A stretch of DNA of 64,000 nt from assembly GCA_963708025.1 (NCBI GenBank), contig CAVPSB010000031.1, positions 320,001-384,000 of the forward strand. Direction: 5' to 3'. Positions 18,356-29,192 of the stretch are shown piece after piece (position 1 is the first letter of the stretch; every line of letters begins with the position of its first letter). The position numbers and the translations under genes were made by a program. The stretch is from an uncultured Candidatus Rokubacteria bacterium. Its GTDB lineage: Bacteria; Methylomirabilota; Methylomirabilia; Rokubacteriales; DASRDR01. The notes under the pieces were generated by a model, which did no database searches, was not told where the DNA came from, and worked only from the letters and a program-made list of their open reading frames with translations.

Positions 18356-19465
18356 GTGCGGACCATCACCGTCCACCTCGGCTCGCGGACCTACCCGGTC
18401 CACGTGGGCGCCGGCCTGCTCGGCGAGGTCGGGCGGGAGTGCGCCCGGCTCGGCCTGGGCCGGAAGGTGGCGGTGGTCAGCCAGCGCGCGATCGCGAGCC
18501 ATGCCCGGACCGTCCTGGCGAGTCTGCAGGGCGCCGGGTTCACACCGGCGCTCGTCGAGATCGCCGAGGGCGAAGCGGCCAAGTCGATCGAGCAGGCCGG
18601 TGCCCTCTGGGAGGCCTTCCTCGGCCATGGGCTCGACCGCGGCTCGGTGGTCGTCGCGGTGGGGGGTGGGGTGGTCGGTGACCTGGCCGGTTTTGCCGCC
18701 GCCGGCTACATGCGGGGCGTCGGGCTCGTGCAGGTGCCGACGTCGCTCCTGGCCCAGGTGGACGCGTCGATCGGCGGCAAGGTGGCGGTGAACCACCCGC
18801 GGGCGAAGAACCTGATCGGGACGTTCCATCAGCCCCGGCTCGTGGTCATCGACCCGGGAACGCTCTCGACGCTTTCCGAGCGCGAGTACCGGTCCGGACT
18901 GGCCGAGGTCATCAAGACCGGCGTTGCCCTCAACGCCGAGCTGTTCACCACCCTGGAGGCGAGCGTCCCCGCCATCCGGGGCCGGGACCCCGAGCTGCTC
19001 GAGCGGGTGATCGCGACCTGCTGCGCCGAGAAGGCGACCATCGTCGAGCAGGACGAGCGCGAGGAAAGCGGTCTCCGCATGGTCCTGAACTACGGCCACA
19101 CGGTCGGCCATGCCCTCGAAGCGCTGAGCGGGTACGGGGTGTGGCTGCACGGCGAGGCGGTCGCGGTGGGGATGATGGTGGCCGGACAGCTGTCGAACCA
19201 CCTGCGGCTCGTCAACGCCCGGACCACGGAGCGGCAGGCGGCGCTGCTGAGCGCCGTGGGGCTGCCCACCCGCTTCGAGGCGCCGGCGCCGCCGGCGGTG
19301 TGGGACGCGCTCCGGCACGACAAGAAGGCGCGCGAGGGCCGGGTGCCGTTCGTGCTGCTGAAGGCGCTCGGGCGTGCGGAAGTCTGTTTCGACGTGCAGG
19401 CAGATATGGTCCTGCAGGCTCTGGAAGAGGTTCACCGAGGTCACGTGCCCGGCCGCGGGCAATAG
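18356..19465 (+). CDS. aroB: 3-dehydroquinate synthase
   Basis: GGGVVGDLAGF, PTSLLAQVDASIGGK, LNYGHTVGHALE, LHGEAVA. Confidence 0.97.
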   Translation: MRTITVHLGSRTYPVHVGAGLLGEVGRECARLGLGRKVAVVSQRAIASHARTVLASLQGAGFTPALVEIAEGEAAKSIEQAGALWEAFLGHGLDRGSVVVAVGGGVVGDLAGFAAAGYMRGVGLVQVPTSLLAQVDASIGGKVAVNHPRAKNLIGTFHQPRLVVIDPGTLSTLSEREYRSGLAEVIKTGVALNAELFTTLEASVPAIRGRDPELLERVIATCCAEKATIVEQDEREESGLRMVLNYGHTVGHALEALSGYGVWLHGEAVAVGMMVAGQLSNHLRLVNARTTERQAALLSAVGLPTRFEAPAPPAVWDALRHDKKAREGRVPFVLLKALGRAEVCFDVQADMVLQALEEVHRGHVPGRGQ

Positions 19466-19476
19466 AGGGGAAGCCG

Positions 19477-19908
19477 ATGCGAAGGACGCTCTGGCGAGCC
19501 ATCTCGGTAGTGTTCGTCGTGGTCGTGGCCCTCGTTGGTTGCAACGGCCCGAACCGCAGCCAACAGCCCAGCTCGGCTTCGGGATTCAACATCGACGTCC
19601 AGATCTCCCCGAATGTTCTTCGCGGAGCCACCGCGGGGACCAACGAGGCGCAAGGGGGTTGCGGCACCGTCACCGCCGCCGTGTTCGACACCAACGGGCG
19701 GGTCATCGACGGCGCCCTCGTCAACCTCAGCACCACCCTGGGTCGCTTCCCGCCGACCGCGACGCGTCAGGAGTCCGTCGCGGTGTCGGGATTCACGGTC
19801 CGCGGGGTCTACACCGACGTGCTGTGCGCCAAGGCCGAGCGGGGGACGGGGACCGTGACGGGCAGCGTCGAAAATGCGGTGTCGGCCGCGCTGTTCACCG
19901 TCTTCTAG
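19477..19908 (+). CDS. lipoprotein, Ig-like (Big_1-like) domain
   Basis: lipobox LVG|C; VTAAVFDTNG..V.LSTTLG. Confidence 0.65.
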   Translation: MRRTLWRAISVVFVVVVALVGCNGPNRSQQPSSASGFNIDVQISPNVLRGATAGTNEAQGGCGTVTAAVFDTNGRVIDGALVNLSTTLGRFPPTATRQESVAVSGFTVRGVYTDVLCAKAERGTGTVTGSVENAVSAALFTVF

Positions 19909-19921
19909 GGGGCGTGACGAC

Positions 19922-20404
19922 ATGGGAGCGACATTGAGACGTATAGCGACCGGCAGCACCGGATCCTGGCGATCGATCGGGGTGCTCGCCGTCCTCCTCC
20001 TGGTCGGCGCGCTCTTCGCGGCATGCTCGAACCAGAGCTCGTCCAACGGTCCGGCCAATCCGGCCGGCACGGCCGGGCACGCCGATACCGCGAGCCAGCT
20101 GATCGTTCGGGTGGCCATCCACCGGGCCCAGGTCGACGTCGGCGACCGCGTCGGGATCACGGTGCTGGTCACCAACCTCAACGGCCGGCCCCTCGAGGGG
20201 CGTCACGTGCAGCTCGGGATCTCCAACAGCGGGCCCGGGCGCCTGGACCAGGTGAACGGGTTCACCGACCCGGACGGCAAGTTCACGACTTTCCTCTTCT
20301 GCAACTTCGACGGCGACGTGGAGATCACCGCGTTCGTCGAGGGCGCCTTCGCCATCGGCACCTGCCACTGCGGGGCGCCCACCACCGAGGGACGACCACG
20401 GTAG
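19922..20404 (+). CDS. lipoprotein, Ig-like (Big_1-like) domain
   Basis: lipobox FAA|C; ITVLVTNLNGRPL..GFTDPDGKF. Confidence 0.65.
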   Translation: MGATLRRIATGSTGSWRSIGVLAVLLLVGALFAACSNQSSSNGPANPAGTAGHADTASQLIVRVAIHRAQVDVGDRVGITVLVTNLNGRPLEGRHVQLGISNSGPGRLDQVNGFTDPDGKFTTFLFCNFDGDVEITAFVEGAFAIGTCHCGAPTTEGRPR

Positions 20405-20663
20405 CGACCCCGACCGCGACGACGGGACGCCCGTAGGCGGCACCGACCTCTTCGCCGTCACCGCGACGCCCGGGGGAGGACACCTCTCCCGGGCGTCGTG
20501 CTCGGTTCGGCAGCTCCCGCCCCCCCCCGCCCTACGGGTGGAGGGGGATGGGACCCATTGCTTCCCACGGTCTCAGACTTCGGCTCACGCCGATGCCCGC
20601 GGCCACCGTCGACGGACCGCCGGTCGGGAGGGGCGTGTCGCAGAGACCGCAACCCTCTGACTC

Positions 20664-20755
20664 TGGCCACGCGGCCGTGGCGTTACACTTCGAGCCGTGG
20701 CTTCGCCGCAGCGTCCGAGAGGGGGCATCGGGGGGGTCTTCCGAGACCCCCCCGA
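20664..20755 (+). repeat. family A palindromic repeat, copy 1
   Basis: core CGGGGGGGTCTTCCGAGACCCCCCCG plus upstream hairpin. Confidence 0.85.
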
Positions 20756-20760
20756 CGATC

Positions 20761-22056
20761 CTACGGGTCGATCTCGCCCTCGCCCGGCCCGTCGGATCCC
20801 TCCGCCGGGGACGGGGGCGCCCCGCTCATCTCGTGGAGCAGGTCCAGGTAGCGGGCGTTGCGCCCGTCGCCCACCGGGCGGGCGAGCCCCAGCCGGATCA
20901 GCTCGGCGTTGAGCATGCGACCGTTCGGCAGGAAGACGTAGGCCAGCCAGTTGCCGTCCGCGTCGTAGCGCTGTCGATCGAACTCGAGGTAGACGATGCT
21001 GCCCGGCTCGAGCTGCCGCCACGGGCTCTCGGCCGTCCAGGTTCCGCTGAGCGACTCGACGCCCACCAGTCGGACCCGGCGATGACCGCTGCGGACGCTC
21101 ACCTCGAGGAGATCCGGCTCCACCCGCTGGACGTACCGCACCGGGGTCCGGCCGCGGACCGGCGCGATCTCCTCCGGAAAGAGTCGCATCACCTCGTTCA
21201 CGGCGACCCCGATGATTCCGCCGAAGCGCCGGAACCGGAACTCCCCGTCTTCCACCCAGAACCCCTCGACCCGCATGAGCTGGCCGTTCGCCAGGCGGAG
21301 GAAGTGCGGCCGATCGGAGCTCTCGTAGGGCACCCGGGGATCGGGGGTCACCGGGAGCGGAGCGGCGCCGGTGGCGGCCCGATCCTCGGCGTCGGTCACC
21401 AGCACCGAGAGCCACGCCTCGGGGATCTCGGTGCCCGGCGGGACGCGGACCACGCTGACGATCTCCGACCGCGGCACCGTGAACGACCCGTTCGACACCG
21501 CGACGCGGACCCGGTCGCCTTCCGGCGTGAGGCTCGCGACCCGCAGGTCGTTGCCGCCCCGCATCGTGACGTAGAGGTCGGACTCCGGCTGGAGGGGGGC
21601 GCCACCGGTGTCCGTACGGACCGGTACCGGCGGCAGGTTGGCGGTGCGCTCGGCGGGATGTGCGGTGTCGGGGACGATCCTGAAAATCTCGTAGGTCGGG
21701 ATGCGAACCGAGCCGCCGTACTTCTCGAACACGATCTGGCCGTGCTCCTCGACGTAGCGTGAGACCACGATCGGGTCGCCGCCGTCGATCAGGTAGATGA
21801 GGAAGCCGCGCGGCGGGGCGGGTGGGCGGGCGGCGGGGACATCGGGTGGAGGGGGCGCCAGCCAGCGCGGAGGCCGCGCGGCGGGTCGTGGCGCCGGAAG
21901 GACGGGAGCGCGGCCTCCGTCTCCGGATCCCGACTGACTCCTCTGATTCGCTGCCGATCCCGGCGCGGCCGCGGCCCCGTCGAGGTGTCCGACGGCCAGG
22001 ACGGCGAGCGCGAGAGAGGCCCCGAGGGCGGACCCCCGCCCCGGTCGCGCCTTCAT
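20761..22056 (-). CDS. secreted protein with three small beta modules and a C-terminal thermonuclease (SNase)-like domain
   Basis: signal peptide; RVRLVGV, YDADGNWLAYVFL..LNAELIRLGLA. Confidence 0.75.
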   Translation of the reverse strand: MKARPGRGSALGASLALAVLAVGHLDGAAAAPGSAANQRSQSGSGDGGRAPVLPAPRPAARPPRWLAPPPPDVPAARPPAPPRGFLIYLIDGGDPIVVSRYVEEHGQIVFEKYGGSVRIPTYEIFRIVPDTAHPAERTANLPPVPVRTDTGGAPLQPESDLYVTMRGGNDLRVASLTPEGDRVRVAVSNGSFTVPRSEIVSVVRVPPGTEIPEAWLSVLVTDAEDRAATGAAPLPVTPDPRVPYESSDRPHFLRLANGQLMRVEGFWVEDGEFRFRRFGGIIGVAVNEVMRLFPEEIAPVRGRTPVRYVQRVEPDLLEVSVRSGHRRVRLVGVESLSGTWTAESPWRQLEPGSIVYLEFDRQRYDADGNWLAYVFLPNGRMLNAELIRLGLARPVGDGRNARYLDLLHEMSGAPPSPAEGSDGPGEGEIDP

Positions 22057-22112
22057 GGCCGTACTATAGCGCAACCCTCGACCCTGCTTACTCTTTTTGG
22101 ATGAGCGCGACA

Positions 22113-22142
22113 TTGACAAGGGTCGCCACCGGCCCGTATAGT
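22113..22142 (+). promoter_or_regulatory. sigma-70 promoter
   Basis: TTGACA-N18-TATAGT, divergent from the SNase-like gene. Confidence 0.7.
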
Positions 22143-22325
22143 AGCGTCCATCCGAGCGCCGTCCCTCGACCCCGTTCCGTATCCGAGGGGCCGCCCGGGC
22201 GACATCGTCGTGAGCATGGTGTTCGAGTCTGGGGGGCGGCAGGCCCCGGTCGTTCGCTGAGGAGCGAGCGGCCCGGCCTTGCCGGGAGGCCACCGAGGGG
22301 GGCGCAGCCCTTCTCCGAAGTCGTT

Positions 22326-22958
22326 TTGGCGACCGCCGAGGACATCCGCCATCACGAGGCCCGGCTGGCTCGGGAGCCCAGCTCCCAGGCATACGCCGCG
22401 CTGGCCGAGGCGTACCGGCGGGGCGGCCGGTTGGACGAGGCGGTCCGCGTCTGCCGCCTGGGTCTCCAGCGGTACCCCACGTATTCGACCGCGCGGTTCG
22501 TCCTGGCCAAGGCGCTGCTGGACCAGGACCAGGTGTCCGAGGCGCGGACCGAGGTGGAGCGCTTTCTCCAGGCCGAACCCGACCACGAGCCGGCGCTCCG
22601 GATCGCCGCCGAGTGCGCGCTGCGCCTGGCCGATCCCCGGGGAGCGCTGGGTCATCTCCGCCGGCTCGGAGTGCTCGACCCGGAGGACCGGGGGATGCAG
22701 GGACAGCTCCGGGCTCTGGAGGTCGCATCCGGGCGTGACCGGGGACGGGCCGAGTCTGGCGGCCTGTGGCCGGTTCTCGCGGACGACACGTACGCCACCG
22801 TGACCTTCGGCGACCTCTGCGTCGCCCAGGGCCTCCTGGACGAGGCGACGGCGGTGTTCAGCCGCATCGTTCTGCGGAGCCCTGACCACGCCGTCGCCCG
22901 CGCGCGTCTGGCCGACCTCGGTCGCGCGAGGATCCAGGCGCGGCGGCCACGAAACTGA
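22326..22958 (+). CDS. tetratricopeptide repeat protein (start uncertain)
   Basis: YAALAEAYRR.G..DEA..VCRLGLQRYP.Y..ARFVLAKAL; ATVTFGDL..AQG..DEA. Confidence 0.75.
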   Translation: MATAEDIRHHEARLAREPSSQAYAALAEAYRRGGRLDEAVRVCRLGLQRYPTYSTARFVLAKALLDQDQVSEARTEVERFLQAEPDHEPALRIAAECALRLADPRGALGHLRRLGVLDPEDRGMQGQLRALEVASGRDRGRAESGGLWPVLADDTYATVTFGDLCVAQGLLDEATAVFSRIVLRSPDHAVARARLADLGRARIQARRPRN

Positions 22959-23019
22959 ATTTGGAGCCCGTCGGAGCAAGTCATCCTGCGGGCGTTGTGA
23001 CGTGAGCCATCAAGGCCCT

Positions 23020-23086
23020 CCGAGCGGCGGCTTTGCCGCCGCCACGACGGGGGGGCATCGGGGGGGTCTTCCGAGACCCCCCCGAA
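23020..23086 (+). repeat. family A palindromic repeat, copy 2
   Basis: GGGGGCATCGGGGGGGTCTTCCGAGACCCCCCCGA identical to copy 1. Confidence 0.85.
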
Positions 23087-23121
23087 GGACCTAGGATTCC
23101 TCGAAGCGGGAGCACACTGAG

Positions 23122-23682
23122 ATGCCGGTTTCGACCGCGGAGTTTCGCAAGGGTCTCAAGATCGAGTTGGACGGCAACCCCTACACCATCGTCGACTTCC
23201 AGCACGTCAAGCCGGGCAAAGGGGGGGCCTTCGTTCGCACGAAGCTCAAGCACCTCAAGCTCGGCACCGTCGTGGACCGGACCTTCCGGTCGGGTGAGAA
23301 GTTCGAGCTGGTGGACTTCGAGCAGCAGCCGATGCAGTTCATGTATCGGGACGACCTCTTTCACTTCATGAACCTGGAGACGTACGAGCAGATCGCGCTC
23401 TCGCGGGTCGAGGTCGGCGAGGCAGCGGACTATCTGAAGGACAACATGGAGGTGGAGGTCGCCTACATCAATGGCCAGCCCTCGGCGGTCGAGCTGCCGA
23501 CCTTCGCCGAGCTGCGAGTGGTGAAGACCGACCCCGGCCTGCGCGGCGACACCGCGTCGGGCGGGTCGAAGCCGGCGACCCTGGAGACCGGCGCGGTCGT
23601 GTCGGTCCCGCTGTTCATCAACGAGGGCGACGTCCTCAAGATCGACACCCGCACCGGCGCCTACATCGAGCGCGCCGGGTAG
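23122..23682 (+). CDS. efp: elongation factor P
   Basis: [29 protein letters not shown]. Confidence 0.98.
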   Translation: MPVSTAEFRKGLKIELDGNPYTIVDFQHVKPGKGGAFVRTKLKHLKLGTVVDRTFRSGEKFELVDFEQQPMQFMYRDDLFHFMNLETYEQIALSRVEVGEAADYLKDNMEVEVAYINGQPSAVELPTFAELRVVKTDPGLRGDTASGGSKPATLETGAVVSVPLFINEGDVLKIDTRTGAYIERAG

Positions 23683-23743
23683 CGCACGGGTCGGCCGTGG
23701 AGATCACGCTCGTACGGTGGCCGCGCGCCAGGAAAGACGACGC

Positions 23744-24202
23744 ATGAATCTCAAGGAGATTCGCGCCCTTCTCGAGCTGCTCCGGGAATACGGGTTGACC
23801 GAGGTCGAGATCGAGAAGAGCGGCGAGCGGGTCCGGATCCGGCGCGAGGCGACGGCGGCCGCCCCGCCGGGCCCGGCGCCGGCGGGCGCGGCGCCCGCGA
23901 TGGCGGTGCCGGCCAGCCAGACGGCGCCGGCCGCCGGTGCGCCCCCCGACGAGCGCCCGCGACACCTGGTGACGGTGGAGGCGCCGATGGTGGGCACCTT
24001 CTACCGGGCATCCTCGCCGGATGCCGACCCCTACGTCCGCGAGGGGGACGCCATCAAGGAGGGGCAGGTGCTCTGCATCATCGAAGCGATGAAGCTGATG
24101 AACGAGATCGAGTCCAAGGTCTCGGGTCGGGTCATCCGCGTCCTCGCCGAGAACGGGCAGCCCGTCGAGTATGGCCAGCCGCTGTTCCTGATCGAGCCCT
24201 GA
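23744..24202 (+). CDS. accB: acetyl-CoA carboxylase biotin carboxyl carrier protein
   Basis: [17 protein letters not shown] biotinylation motif. Confidence 0.97.
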   Translation: MNLKEIRALLELLREYGLTEVEIEKSGERVRIRREATAAAPPGPAPAGAAPAMAVPASQTAPAAGAPPDERPRHLVTVEAPMVGTFYRASSPDADPYVREGDAIKEGQVLCIIEAMKLMNEIESKVSGRVIRVLAENGQPVEYGQPLFLIEP

Positions 24203-24237
24203 CGTCTCCGCCATGAGCGCTGGAGCGAGATAGCCCC

Positions 24238-25752
24238 GTGTTCTGCCGATCGTGCTGGAGCAACATCGCCGATGGCAGCTCGGAATGCCCTCGGTGCCAC
24301 GCCGACCCCGGGGCGGCCCCGGCTGCGGCGACCCCGGCCGCGGCGGCTCCGCCGCCGGCGGGCCGCGTCCCCGACGAGCCGTCCCCGAAGAGGAAGGGCG
24401 ACCGCCAGAACCGGCTCATCGCGCTGGTCGCCCTCCTCGTGCTCGTCCTGATCGCCGGCCCGCCGGCCGTGGAGTGGGCGATGCGCCGCTGGCGCGGCGA
24501 GCCGGCCGGAGGGGCCCCGGGCTCCTCCGAGCGCCCACCCCTCGAGACGACCGCGTCCACCTCGGATCCGACCCGGCCGTCGGCTGACGACGGCCCCGAC
24601 GCGGCGGCGCTGCGCGAGGCCTACGAGCTCTATCAGCAGGGGAAGGTGACCGAGGCCTGCGACCGGTACCGCGACGTCGCCAACCGGCTGGGGACCCAGT
24701 CGGTGCGGCGCAACCTCGCGTCTTGCCTGGCGCGGCTCGGCCGGGAGGCCCAGCAGGCCAATCTTTCCGAGCAGGCGGCCGACTACTATCGACGCGCTCT
24801 GGACGTTGCTCCGGACGACGGGAGCATCTGGGTTGCCCTCGCCCTCGCCCACGCGCAGGCGCGAGACCTCGGTCGAGCCCAGGGCGTCCTCGAACAGGCG
24901 GCGGCGCGCTTCCCCGACGACCCCGACATCCTCTATCTGCTGGCCGAGATGCAGGAGCGGCAGGGACGCTCGCGCGAGGCGGCCGAGACGCTCCGCCAGC
25001 TGCTGGCCCGGCGTCCCGGCCATGCCAAGGGTACCCAGCTGCTGGCCGCTATCGAGAAGGAGCAAAAGGTCGAGGGGTCCTACTGGAGCCAGGAGAGCCG
25101 GCACTTCGTGGTGCGGTACGAGGGCGCGGGCGGGATCGACCTCGGGCGCTCGGTCGTCGACTACCTCGAGGAGGCGTACGAGACCGTCGGCCGGGCACTC
25201 GGCTACTTCCCCGAGCACCGGGTCCAGGTCAGCATCTACAGCCAGGAGGTTCTGGGCGAGGTCAGTCGGGTCCCGGCCCATTTCGTTCGCGGCGTGTTCG
25301 AAGGGGACACCCGGAAGATCCGGCTGAACTTCGCGAAGTCCGTCGCCTACACGAACGACCTGTCCCAGCTGGTCCGCCACGAGTACACCCACGCCGTCAT
25401 CCACGAGGTGAGCAACGGCAAGGCGACGGTCTGGGTGCACGAAGGGCTGGCCCAGGTGATGGAGGGCCGCGCCCCCTGGCCCCTCCCCGCCAGCGTCCCG
25501 CGTCAATACCTGACGCTGGCCGGGATCGACCAGCTGGCCCGGGCCGGGAACGCGGTGGCCGCCATCTCCGGGTACGTGCTCGCCCACGTCGCCATGCAGC
25601 ACCTGGTGGACCAGGGCGGCATGCCGAAAGTCGCCGAGTTCCTGCGGCGCCTCGGGCAGGGCGACACCATCGAGCAGGCGCTCCGTCAGGCCTTCGGCTT
25701 CGGATCCGAGGACGTGGAAGCGCGGATCTTGGCCGTCGCCGGCCGGAGCTGA
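24238..25752 (+). CDS. zinc-ribbon/TM/TPR protein with C-terminal zinc metallopeptidase (MA-like) domain
   Basis: CxxC..CxxC N-terminus, TM, TPRs, HEYTH..WVHEGLAQ. Confidence 0.8.
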   Translation: MFCRSCWSNIADGSSECPRCHADPGAAPAAATPAAAAPPPAGRVPDEPSPKRKGDRQNRLIALVALLVLVLIAGPPAVEWAMRRWRGEPAGGAPGSSERPPLETTASTSDPTRPSADDGPDAAALREAYELYQQGKVTEACDRYRDVANRLGTQSVRRNLASCLARLGREAQQANLSEQAADYYRRALDVAPDDGSIWVALALAHAQARDLGRAQGVLEQAAARFPDDPDILYLLAEMQERQGRSREAAETLRQLLARRPGHAKGTQLLAAIEKEQKVEGSYWSQESRHFVVRYEGAGGIDLGRSVVDYLEEAYETVGRALGYFPEHRVQVSIYSQEVLGEVSRVPAHFVRGVFEGDTRKIRLNFAKSVAYTNDLSQLVRHEYTHAVIHEVSNGKATVWVHEGLAQVMEGRAPWPLPASVPRQYLTLAGIDQLARAGNAVAAISGYVLAHVAMQHLVDQGGMPKVAEFLRRLGQGDTIEQALRQAFGFGSEDVEARILAVAGRS

Positions 25753-25867
25753 GAGCGTATGAAGGAATCGAGTCCTCCGACTCCCCCCTCCCCCCAGTGG
25801 GTGGGGGAGGGGGGCCAAAGGCCGAAGGCCGTCGAAGGATCGGGTGGGCGGGAGGTCCCGAACTGAC

Positions 25868-27202
25868 GTGTTCGGCAAGATCCTCATTGCCAACCGCGGG
25901 GAGATCGCCCTCCGCATCCTCCGGACCTGCCGGGAGATGGGGATCCGCACGGTGGTGGCCCACTCCAAGGTGGACGCGGACTCGCTGCCGGTGCTGCTCG
26001 CCGACGAGAGCGTGTGCGTCGGCCCCGATGAGAGCGCCCAGAGCTACCTGAACATCCCGAGCCTCATCTCGGCGGCCGAGGTCACCGACGCCGAGGCGAT
26101 CCATCCCGGCTACGGCTTCCTCGCCGAGAACGCCACGTTCGCGGAGATCTGCCGGGCCTGCTCGATCCGCTTCATCGGGCCGGGTCCCGACGCCATCCGC
26201 CTCCTCGGCGACAAGGTGCGGGCCCGGGAGCTCGCCCGGAAGTGCGAGGTGCCGCTCCTCCCCGGCAGCGAGGGCGGGGTCCGGGACGAGGCCGAGGCCC
26301 TGGCGTGCGCCGAGGCGATCGGCTTCCCGGTCCTGCTCAAGGCCGCCCTCGGCGGCGGCGGGCGCGGCATGCGCGTCGTCCGCGATCGGGAGGGCCTGGC
26401 CGCCGCCGTCCAGACGTGCCAGAAGGAGGCATCCGCGGCCTTCGGCTCGTCGGAGATCTACATCGAGAAGTTCGTGGAGGTCGCCCGCCACGTCGAGGTC
26501 CAGGTGCTGGCCGACGCTCACGGGCACCTGATCCATCTGGGCGAGCGCGAGTGCTCGATCCAGCGCCGGCACCAGAAGCTCCTCGAGGAGTCGCCGTCGC
26601 CAGCCGTGACGGAGGCGATCCGCGGCGAGTTGACGGCGGCTGCCCTGCGCCTGTGCCGGGCGGCCGGGTACGAGAGCGCCGGGACCGTCGAGTTCATCCT
26701 GGACGGCACGGGCCGCTTCTATTTCCTGGAGGTCAACACCCGGATCCAGGTCGAGCACCCGGTGACCGAGATGGTGACCGGCGTCGATCTCGTCCGCGAG
26801 CAGATCCGGATCGCCGCCGGCGAGCCGATGAGCGTCACCCAGGAGACGCTCCGCTCTTCGGGGCACGCGATCGAGTGCCGGATCACCGCCGAAGACCCGG
26901 TGACCTTCACGCCCAGCCCCGGCCGGATCTCGACCTACCTGCCCCCGGGTGGGTTCGGGGTGCGGGTGGACAGCCACTGCTTCAGCGGCTACACGGTGCC
27001 GCCCCACTACGACTCGCTGGTGGCCAAGGTCATCGCCCACGGCGACAGCCGGGCGGAGGCGATCGCGCGCATGCGGCGGGCGCTGGCCGAGTTCCTCCTC
27101 GAAGGGATCAAGACCACGATCCCCTTTCACAGCCGGCTCCTGGCCGACCCGCGTTTCGTCGAGGGAGCGTATTCCACCGCATTCCTCGAAACCCACGTCT
27201 GA
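25868..27202 (+). CDS. accC: biotin carboxylase
   Basis: [41 protein letters not shown]. Confidence 0.97.
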   Translation: MFGKILIANRGEIALRILRTCREMGIRTVVAHSKVDADSLPVLLADESVCVGPDESAQSYLNIPSLISAAEVTDAEAIHPGYGFLAENATFAEICRACSIRFIGPGPDAIRLLGDKVRARELARKCEVPLLPGSEGGVRDEAEALACAEAIGFPVLLKAALGGGGRGMRVVRDREGLAAAVQTCQKEASAAFGSSEIYIEKFVEVARHVEVQVLADAHGHLIHLGERECSIQRRHQKLLEESPSPAVTEAIRGELTAAALRLCRAAGYESAGTVEFILDGTGRFYFLEVNTRIQVEHPVTEMVTGVDLVREQIRIAAGEPMSVTQETLRSSGHAIECRITAEDPVTFTPSPGRISTYLPPGGFGVRVDSHCFSGYTVPPHYDSLVAKVIAHGDSRAEAIARMRRALAEFLLEGIKTTIPFHSRLLADPRFVEGAYSTAFLETHV

Positions 27203-29192
27203 TCGGCGCCGGTTCCCCTGGCTCTGGATCGCCGTCGGCGCGCTGGCCCTGACCCTCGTCGTCACCTGGCCGCTCGCGCGCTGCCTGGACTCCTGCCTCG
27301 GCGAGCCGCCGGATCCGCTCCTGTCGGTCTACTTCCTGGCCTGGGTCGCTCATGCCCTCACCACGCCGGGGGTGCGGCTCGTCGACGCCAGCCTCTTCGC
27401 GCCCTATCCCGGGACGCTCGCCCTCGGCGAGTACATGCCCGGCTACGCGCCGCTGGCCGTCCCCGTCATCGCGTTGACCGGCAACCCGGTCCTCGCTCAC
27501 AACCTGCTGCTCGTCCTCTCGTACGCCCTGGCCGCGCTCGGCGCCGCCGCCCTCGTCTTTTCCCTCACGGGCGCGCTCGGTCCGGCGGTCGTGGCCGGCG
27601 CCGCCTTCGCGTACGCGCCGCGCCTCCTCGACCAGGCCTACAACGTCCAGACCCTGGCCGTCTTCTGGGTGCCGTGGCTCCTGCTCGCCCTGGAGCGGTT
27701 CCTGGCGCGGCCGACCTGGCCCGGCGCGGCCCTGGTGGCCGGGCTCTGGGTCGCCCTCGCGCTCTCGTGCCTGAACGTCTTCGTCTACGCCACCGTGCTC
27801 GGGGCCCTCTTCCTGGCTGCCGCCGTGACCGTGGGCGGCCGGCAGCTCCGCGGAGCCCACCTCGTCCGCCTGGCCGGCGCGGGGGTCGTCGCGGGCGCCG
27901 TCGTCTTGACGTACCTGGCGCCCAATCGGGTGCTGGCGCGAGAGTGGGGGCTCGGGCGGGCCCTGGCGGAGGTCGAGCGCCACTCGGCCACGCTCAGCCA
28001 TCTGATCGGCGTGCCGCGCGAGTCCCTGCTCCGGCGTCTCGCCGGCCTGCCGGATCCCTCCGGCCACGAGGGGCTCGTCCCGGGGCTGGTGGTCAGCGTC
28101 CTGGCCGTGGCAGGGCTGCTGGCCGTCTTCCGCGACCGCGACGGCCTCCGGTCGAAGCTGGCCCCGTACGTGGCGGTGACGGCGGCGGCGGTCGTCCTCG
28201 CGCTGGGGCCGACCGCCGCGACGCCGTGGGGACCGTTGCCCCTCCCGTACCGCGCCCTGTACCTGGCCGTGCCGGGGTTCGACGCCATCCGGACGCCGGC
28301 CCGGTTCGTCGTCTTCCTCGACCTCGGCGTCGCCGTCCTGGCGGGCGTCGGCGCGGCCTGGTGGCTCGCGCGGCGGGCGCCGGCAACGCGGCCGTGGCTG
28401 GCCGGGGGCCTGACGGCCGCGGTCCTCCTCGAGTCGGTGGCCGTGCCGTACCCGGGCGCGGTCCCGCGTCTGGCTCCCGGCTCGGTCCCGGCGGTGTACC
28501 GGTGGCTCGGCCAGCAGGACCAGCGCACGCTGGCCCTCGGCATCCCGATGGGAGACTGGGTCAACGTGGCCGCGGCCGCGTTCCACCTGCGGCCGACGGT
28601 GAACGGCTGGTCGAGCTACTGGCCCCCACGGTATCCCGAGCTGGTCGAGGCCATGGAGCGGTTTCCCGACGCGCGCTCCCTGGCCCTGGTCCAGGGGCTC
28701 GGGGTGGACCTCGTCCTCGTCGACGGCGCATGGCTGAACCCCGCGCGCGCCGCCGCGCTGGCCGGGTTCCCCGCCATCCTGCGCCCCGAGCGCGCCTTTC
28801 CCACGCACCTCGTCTACCGCATCGCCCGCGCCGGGCCGGCGGCCCGGCCGGCGCTCGAGGAGGTCGAGGCCACGGCCCGCGTCATGCCGCCCGGGGACGG
28901 GCGGTCGTGGCAGGGCTGCGTCACGCTCCGGAACGCGGGTCCCCACTTCGTGCCGCTCTACCCCCTCCATCGTCTCCACCTTCGGGCCGAGGGCGCCGCG
29001 GTCACGACCGTCCGCTGGCTTCCCCTCGACCTCGCCCCGGGCGCCGCTCACACCGCCTGTCTCCCGCTGACCGGGCGACCTGGGCGGTTCGACGTCCAGG
29101 GCGAGGTCGAGGACGGGGTGCGGCGCCATCGCTTCGCCCTCGGCACCGAGGACGCGGTGGGACGCCTGGAGCCGGCCGGAGGCCGACCGTGA
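27195..29192 (+). CDS. multi-pass membrane protein, GT-C/YfhO-like (start unclear)
   Basis: many TM segments; [32 protein letters not shown] motifs. Confidence 0.65.
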   Translation, partial: TSDRRRFPWLWIAVGALALTLVVTWPLARCLDSCLGEPPDPLLSVYFLAWVAHALTTPGVRLVDASLFAPYPGTLALGEYMPGYAPLAVPVIALTGNPVLAHNLLLVLSYALAALGAAALVFSLTGALGPAVVAGAAFAYAPRLLDQAYNVQTLAVFWVPWLLLALERFLARPTWPGAALVAGLWVALALSCLNVFVYATVLGALFLAAAVTVGGRQLRGAHLVRLAGAGVVAGAVVLTYLAPNRVLAREWGLGRALAEVERHSATLSHLIGVPRESLLRRLAGLPDPSGHEGLVPGLVVSVLAVAGLLAVFRDRDGLRSKLAPYVAVTAAAVVLALGPTAATPWGPLPLPYRALYLAVPGFDAIRTPARFVVFLDLGVAVLAGVGAAWWLARRAPATRPWLAGGLTAAVLLESVAVPYPGAVPRLAPGSVPAVYRWLGQQDQRTLALGIPMGDWVNVAAAAFHLRPTVNGWSSYWPPRYPELVEAMERFPDARSLALVQGLGVDLVLVDGAWLNPARAAALAGFPAILRPERAFPTHLVYRIARAGPAARPALEEVEATARVMPPGDGRSWQGCVTLRNAGPHFVPLYPLHRLHLRAEGAAVTTVRWLPLDLAPGAAHTACLPLTGRPGRFDVQGEVEDGVRRHRFALGTEDAVGRLEPAGGRP

